Positions 59,710 to 64,000 of a stretch of DNA of 64,000 bases are shown here, piece by piece. This DNA comes from Candidatus Bathyarchaeota archaeon (GTDB lineage Archaea > Thermoproteota > Bathyarchaeia > TCS64), in NCBI GenBank assembly GCA_963769425.1, contig CAVYLP010000004.1, forward strand, positions 256,001-320,000, read 5' to 3'. The position numbers were made by a program, and so were the translations under genes. Positions within the stretch are counted from its first letter, which is position 1. Each line of letters opens with the position of its first letter. The notes beneath the pieces were generated by a model. It saw only the letters and a list, made by a program, of their open reading frames with translations, was not told the DNA's origin and did not search any database.

Positions 59710-60471
59710 ATGCACATGATATTCCTAGTCGGGACAGCCGGGAGCGGCAAGAGCACCCTCACAGCCGCCTTCACCCGCTGGCTGGAGATGCAGCGCGAGG
59801 ATGTGATGGCCGTAAACCTCGACCCCGGCGCCCCCAACCTCCCCTACTCCGCCAACGTCGACATACGCGACTACATCAAGGTCGAGGACGTGATGGAGGA
59901 GTATGGACTGGGCCCCAATGGTGGGCTGGTCGCCGCGACAGACATGATCAAGGACGTGGTGGATCAGGTGAGCCAGGACATCGAGGACTTCACCCCCGAC
60001 ATCTGCATAGTCGACACCCCAGGGCAGATGGAGCTCTTCGCTTTCCGAGACATAGGCGCGCAGGTGGCGGAGAAGCTCACGGACGCGGACAAGGGCCTCG
60101 TCTACCTCTTCGACGCCGGATTCTGCAGGGACCCCCTCAACTACGTTATGAACATGTTCCTCGCGTCAGCCATAAACGTCCGGTTCCAGCTGCCCCAGTT
60201 CCAGGTCTTCAGCAAGGTGGACCTGCTCAAGGAGAAGGAGTTAGAGGGCATGATGAGCTGGGCTGAGGACCCCGACGTCCTCAGGACCGCCGTCGACGCT
60301 CGCCTCAGCGGTATGAACAAGGAGATGAGCCAGGATATGCTTGAGATCATCGAGAGGATGGGGGTCGAGTTCAGCCCTATAGCGGTCTCGGCGAAGACGC
60401 AGGATGGTTTCCACGTTCTCTACTCGGAGCTGCAGCGCGTCTTCACGGGCGGGGAGAAGTTCACCCCCTAG
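59710..60471 (+). CDS. GPN-loop GTPase
   Basis: GTAGSGKS, NLDP, LGPNGG and DTPGQME motifs. Confidence 0.93.
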   Translation: MHMIFLVGTAGSGKSTLTAAFTRWLEMQREDVMAVNLDPGAPNLPYSANVDIRDYIKVEDVMEEYGLGPNGGLVAATDMIKDVVDQVSQDIEDFTPDICIVDTPGQMELFAFRDIGAQVAEKLTDADKGLVYLFDAGFCRDPLNYVMNMFLASAINVRFQLPQFQVFSKVDLLKEKELEGMMSWAEDPDVLRTAVDARLSGMNKEMSQDMLEIIERMGVEFSPIAVSAKTQDGFHVLYSELQRVFTGGEKFTP

Positions 60472-60523
60472 CCTCGAAAATCGTTAATACGGCGTCCGGG
60501 TGCCTATCTCCTAGGAGATAATC

Positions 60524-61507
60524 ATGGTTCTTTACCTCACGCAAGACGAGGTCAAGCAGGTGCTTGACATGAAGAGCGCCTTCGAGGCCGTCGAAGGCGG
60601 CTTCCGGGAGATGGGCAACAAGGCCATCGAGATGCCGCCCAGGGTCTACCTGCACTTCCCGAAGGGCGTGCTCATCGCGATGCCCGCGTACATGCCCAAC
60701 CTCAACGCGGCGGGCACGAAGCTCGTCACGGTTCACCCCGGCAACAAGAAGGATTACAACCTCCCCGCCGTGCAGGCGAAGATCGTCATCAACAGCATCG
60801 AGAACGGCTCCCCCCTCGCCATCATGGACGGGACATACGTAACCGCCGTCCGCACTGGCGCGGCCGGGGCTGTGGGAATAAAGTACCTCGCACGCGAGGA
60901 CGCTAAAGAGGTTGGCCTCTGCGGTCTCGGCGTCCAGGGCAGGAGCCAGATCATGGGCCTCATGCTCGTCCGCCCCAAGATCAAGAAGGTCAAGATATTC
61001 GACATCCTACCCGAGGCCATCCCGCCATTCATCAAGGACATGAAGGCAATGTACCCAAGCGTCGACTTCGTCACCGCGAAGTCGGCGGAGGAAGCGACGA
61101 AGGGCAGCGACATCATCATCACCTGCACCCCAAGCTCCACACCCTTCATCAAGGGGGAGTGGCTGAAGAAGGGGGCACACGTCTCTGCGATAGGCGCGGA
61201 CGTCGCCGCGAAGAGGGAGCTTGAGACCAGCGTGCTCAAGAAGGCGAACAAGCTCGTCGTCGACTTCATCCCGCAGGCGTTCGTCGTCGGCGACTTCGCC
61301 AAGCCGAAGGAGGAGGGCGCGGTCTCCGAGAAGGACATCTACGCCGAGATGGGCGAGATCGTCTCCGGGCAGAAGAAGGGTCGCACCTCACCAGACGAGA
61401 TCACCCTCTTCAAGGCAACCGGCCTCGCCATCGAGGACGTCGGCACTGGCGCCAAGGTCTATGAGCTCGCCGTCAAGAAGAAGATCGGCACCGAGCTCCC
61501 CAACTAA
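60524..61507 (+). CDS. Alanine dehydrogenase / ornithine cyclodeaminase (mu-crystallin) family
   Basis: AMPAY, TAVRTGA, IGAD and FKATGLAIED motifs. Confidence 0.9.
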   Translation: MVLYLTQDEVKQVLDMKSAFEAVEGGFREMGNKAIEMPPRVYLHFPKGVLIAMPAYMPNLNAAGTKLVTVHPGNKKDYNLPAVQAKIVINSIENGSPLAIMDGTYVTAVRTGAAGAVGIKYLAREDAKEVGLCGLGVQGRSQIMGLMLVRPKIKKVKIFDILPEAIPPFIKDMKAMYPSVDFVTAKSAEEATKGSDIIITCTPSSTPFIKGEWLKKGAHVSAIGADVAAKRELETSVLKKANKLVVDFIPQAFVVGDFAKPKEEGAVSEKDIYAEMGEIVSGQKKGRTSPDEITLFKATGLAIEDVGTGAKVYELAVKKKIGTELPN

Positions 61508-61515
61508 TCCAGCTT

Positions 61516-62286
61516 TTAAATTATACCCGAGTAGTCCCTAAAGTCGTTCTCACAAGGGTTACCGGGGCAGTATAGTATTCTGGATTTCTCGATTTTTGAG
61601 CCGACAGTGAGTATGGTTGCGCTAGTTTGAACATTCTTACCAGTCGGGTCGTGGTAGCAGATAGATCCCTGCCCCTTCTCTGTCCCATGGTCCCCGCTGA
61701 TCAGCTTGAGTGATTCAATAAGTTCGTCCACGTTTCGTAGTTCGAGCCGGCTCAATAGGTTATGTGCCCTGAGTTTCCTCTTCTCCACGTTAACCCACAT
61801 CTTATCGGCTCGTTCGGTCCACTCGATCCTCGGATTTATAGTAAGGGTTGTGATAACATGTGGGCCGTAATCTAGACGTTTAACGAGGGTCTCTTTGTCC
61901 CAGACGATGTGCCATGCCGAGTGTGTGTCCGCGACTAAGAAGTTGCCCCGCCGGTAATCCTCTCTTATATCCAGGTCGGTAAGAAACCCCTTAGCTTCCT
62001 CTGCCGAGTTAAAACCGTCGAGTAGATCCAAGTTGAGAATACCCCTGCTTCTTGCAGGCTTCTCATTGTACTCTGTCTCCTGGTTCGTGACAGCCACAAG
62101 CAAACCTGAGTCGTTAAACCCAACCCACGTGCCATTCGACGCAACATCATATGGGGCGTAGACTCTCCTCGCTCCCTCGAAAACCCTAGGTGGCTCCTCC
62201 AAAGTCCCCGCGGTCAGATACCTATTATGAAGCACCACCATCGGGTAATCATCGAGGAGCCCGTAGAGGAACATCAGGGTACACAC
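61516..62286 (-). CDS. NRDE/TANGO2-like Ntn-hydrolase family protein
   Basis: Start MCTL, HNR, GTWVGFN-x2-G and SRG motifs. Confidence 0.75.
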   Translation of the reverse strand: MCTLMFLYGLLDDYPMVVLHNRYLTAGTLEEPPRVFEGARRVYAPYDVASNGTWVGFNDSGLLVAVTNQETEYNEKPARSRGILNLDLLDGFNSAEEAKGFLTDLDIREDYRRGNFLVADTHSAWHIVWDKETLVKRLDYGPHVITTLTINPRIEWTERADKMWVNVEKRKLRAHNLLSRLELRNVDELIESLKLISGDHGTEKGQGSICYHDPTGKNVQTSATILTVGSKIEKSRILYCPGNPCENDFRDYSGII

Positions 62287-62461
62287 GGGGAATCCGATAA
62301 CGCTTCCCAGTCCTAGGTATAAGCTTACCCCAACCAAAGCAGCTTTTACTGTTACTAAAGGTGAAAATAAACGAATGGAAAGTTTGATGATATCGTTATT
62401 CTTACACTCGTCTTAGAATCATATGCTTATGTTGACATTTCTTAAGAGTGTCTCAAGGGTC

Positions 62462-62572
62462 TCGCGTTCGTCCTGTCCTATTGTGTGGATCTGCCCTGTT
62501 TCACGTGGGTGACGAGACAATCTTACCGTCAAGATAAGATTGTTCTGGCTTTAGGGACAAGCCAACACGCGA
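62462..62572 (+). ncRNA. Candidate multi-branched structured RNA
   Basis: TCGCGT/ACGCGA closing stem enclosing TCGTC/GACGA, GACAATCTTA/TAAGATTGTT and GGCTT/AAGCC. Confidence 0.4.
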
Positions 62573-62609
62573 AAGAACAAACAGTGAAAAATTGAGTAAA
62601 AATGCGGAA

Positions 62610-62927
62610 CTATTTGTGTATCACTATATTTCCATATGCAATTATACTGATTGGGTTCGCCAATTCGGATGATACAAATTGATTGTCATATTTCGTTTTG
62701 CCTGTGGACTTATCCCATATCTCGATTCGGAAAGTGTCTGGCGAGATATTTTTTAAGCACACCATCGATTGCAGTTAACATGAATCCATAGATGCTAGAT
62801 TTGTTGATTGTGCCTTCTCCCTTGTACTGTGCTTTTGCACCCGATATTGCCATCCAGTTGTAGTTTGTAATCTCGAAGCTAAGGTCACCTGGTTGGAATT
62901 TTCAACATTGTATTGCCATGCGGGTAA
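62610..62927 (-). pseudogene. Frameshifted remnant of a surface-protein C-terminal domain
   Basis: NYNWMAISGAKAQYKGEGTIN...YGFMLTAIDG / PDTFRIEIWDK...YDNQ...GNIVIHK*. Confidence 0.6.
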
Positions 62928-63281
62928 ACTCAATTTCGAATGAATCAGGGGATGGACCGGTGAGGGGTCATTAAGATATTTTGTAAAACGCTTGTACTAT
63001 GCTACCACTTACGGGAGGAGCTTGAAAAACGCGCCGATGCATACTCACCGACCTTGACCGGAGGAGGCTGATGGAGATGGTTAGAGACAGGGGAGGGGAG
63101 GACGTGACAACACGAGAGTTATTCGTGAACCGATAGTAAAATATTAGCTCTTAAGTAACCACTGGGTTGTTCAACACCCCGCTACAATCAAAACTTCTTT
63201 TTTCCAAGGGGTCTAACCTTACCCTCGTATGGGTGCAACTATTTAACCAGCCAAGCGGATTGATCGTTGAGGAATTTTAAC

Positions 63282-64000
63282 ATGGCGAGGACGATCGAGG
63301 AACTTTCACAGACCGAGATCTCTGAACTCATAAACAAACGCATAAGCATCTTCACGCCCGAGGACGTGGCGAGCAAGCTCAAGGGCGAGCTCGAGAAGAC
63401 GGGGCGCTACGAGGCGCTGGTGGTCGGCGGGGGAAAGATCGGGATGGTCACCATCCGAGACCTTCTCGGCGTCGAGCCCCTCGAGCAGACAAAGCTCGTG
63501 AAACTCTGGAAGTCCCAGTGGCAGACGCCCGTCACCTCGGACAGCTGGGTGCAGGGAGTCGCCACAGAGCTCGTGAGGATCAACGCGAGGGCCCTCCCCG
63601 TTGTTGAGAACATGAAGCCCGTCGGCATCATCTCACAGGTCGACATAGTCGCCGCTATGGCAGACTGCGGCGACCTGAAGAAGACACCCGCGAGGGACCT
63701 TGCCAAGATGGCGCCGGTTACGCTCGATGTCGGGGCGAAGGTCGCCGAGGCGAGGAAGCTCATGCTCGACAGGGGCATTAGCCACGTCCCGATCACCAAG
63801 GAGGGTAAGCTCGCCGGGATCGTCACGGCCGCTGACCTCGTCCAGTACTTTACACAGGGAGTAGGTAAGAGGAAGACCGGCGAACTGCCCGGGGAGAAGG
63901 TCACGAAGTTCCCCGGCATCGTCGATGGCATTATGGACAAGCACCCACTCACTGTCTCAACCGTCGCCTCGGCCCTCGACGTCGCGAGGGGTCTCAGGGA
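63282..64000 (+). CDS. CBS-domain protein (partial, runs off the window)
   Basis: Open frame from ATG 63282: GMVTIRDLL, ALPVV...VGIISQVDIV, SHVPI...LAGIVTAADL. Confidence 0.85.
   Translation, partial: MARTIEELSQTEISELINKRISIFTPEDVASKLKGELEKTGRYEALVVGGGKIGMVTIRDLLGVEPLEQTKLVKLWKSQWQTPVTSDSWVQGVATELVRINARALPVVENMKPVGIISQVDIVAAMADCGDLKKTPARDLAKMAPVTLDVGAKVAEARKLMLDRGISHVPITKEGKLAGIVTAADLVQYFTQGVGKRKTGELPGEKVTKFPGIVDGIMDKHPLTVSTVASALDVARGLR

Noticed and set aside
63038-63136. Short ILTDLDRRRL... reading frame
   Set aside because: Too short and broken to assign; at most a gene remnant

Overview
Archaeal chromosomal window, most consistent with Bathyarchaeia (inferred from gene content: two ESCRT-III/CdvB genes plus Vps4/CdvC, GPN-loop GTPase, HMG-CoA synthase-thiolase-DUF35 triad, archaeal-type GlyRS, TATA-like promoters). 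Most of it is GC-rich housekeeping and metabolic DNA. The main accessory feature is an 11.7-kb AT-rich integrated element (25810-37496). It is bounded by a 12-bp direct repeat and 20-bp imperfect inverted repeats and is inserted in a non-tRNA intergenic site. It carries a tyrosine integrase, an RHH regulator, a JAB/JAMM protein, a divergent MCM-like AAA+ protein next to an iteron-like origin, a stand-alone RarA C-terminal-like protein, and HEPN and PIN-TM nuclease cargo. A ~420-nt highly structured, pseudoknotted RNA candidate sits directly upstream of its replication genes. Outside the element there is a riboswitch-like leader before serB and a PLP Cys/Met lyase gene, two further structured intergenic elements, an AT-rich solo HEPN gene, an archaeal luxS, and an ESCRT operon with uncharacterised membrane partners. 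Many genes carry single-base frameshifts, probably long-read assembly errors. No tRNA, rRNA or CRISPR array was recognised. All assignments are by eye from motifs; no database searches or folding programs were run.
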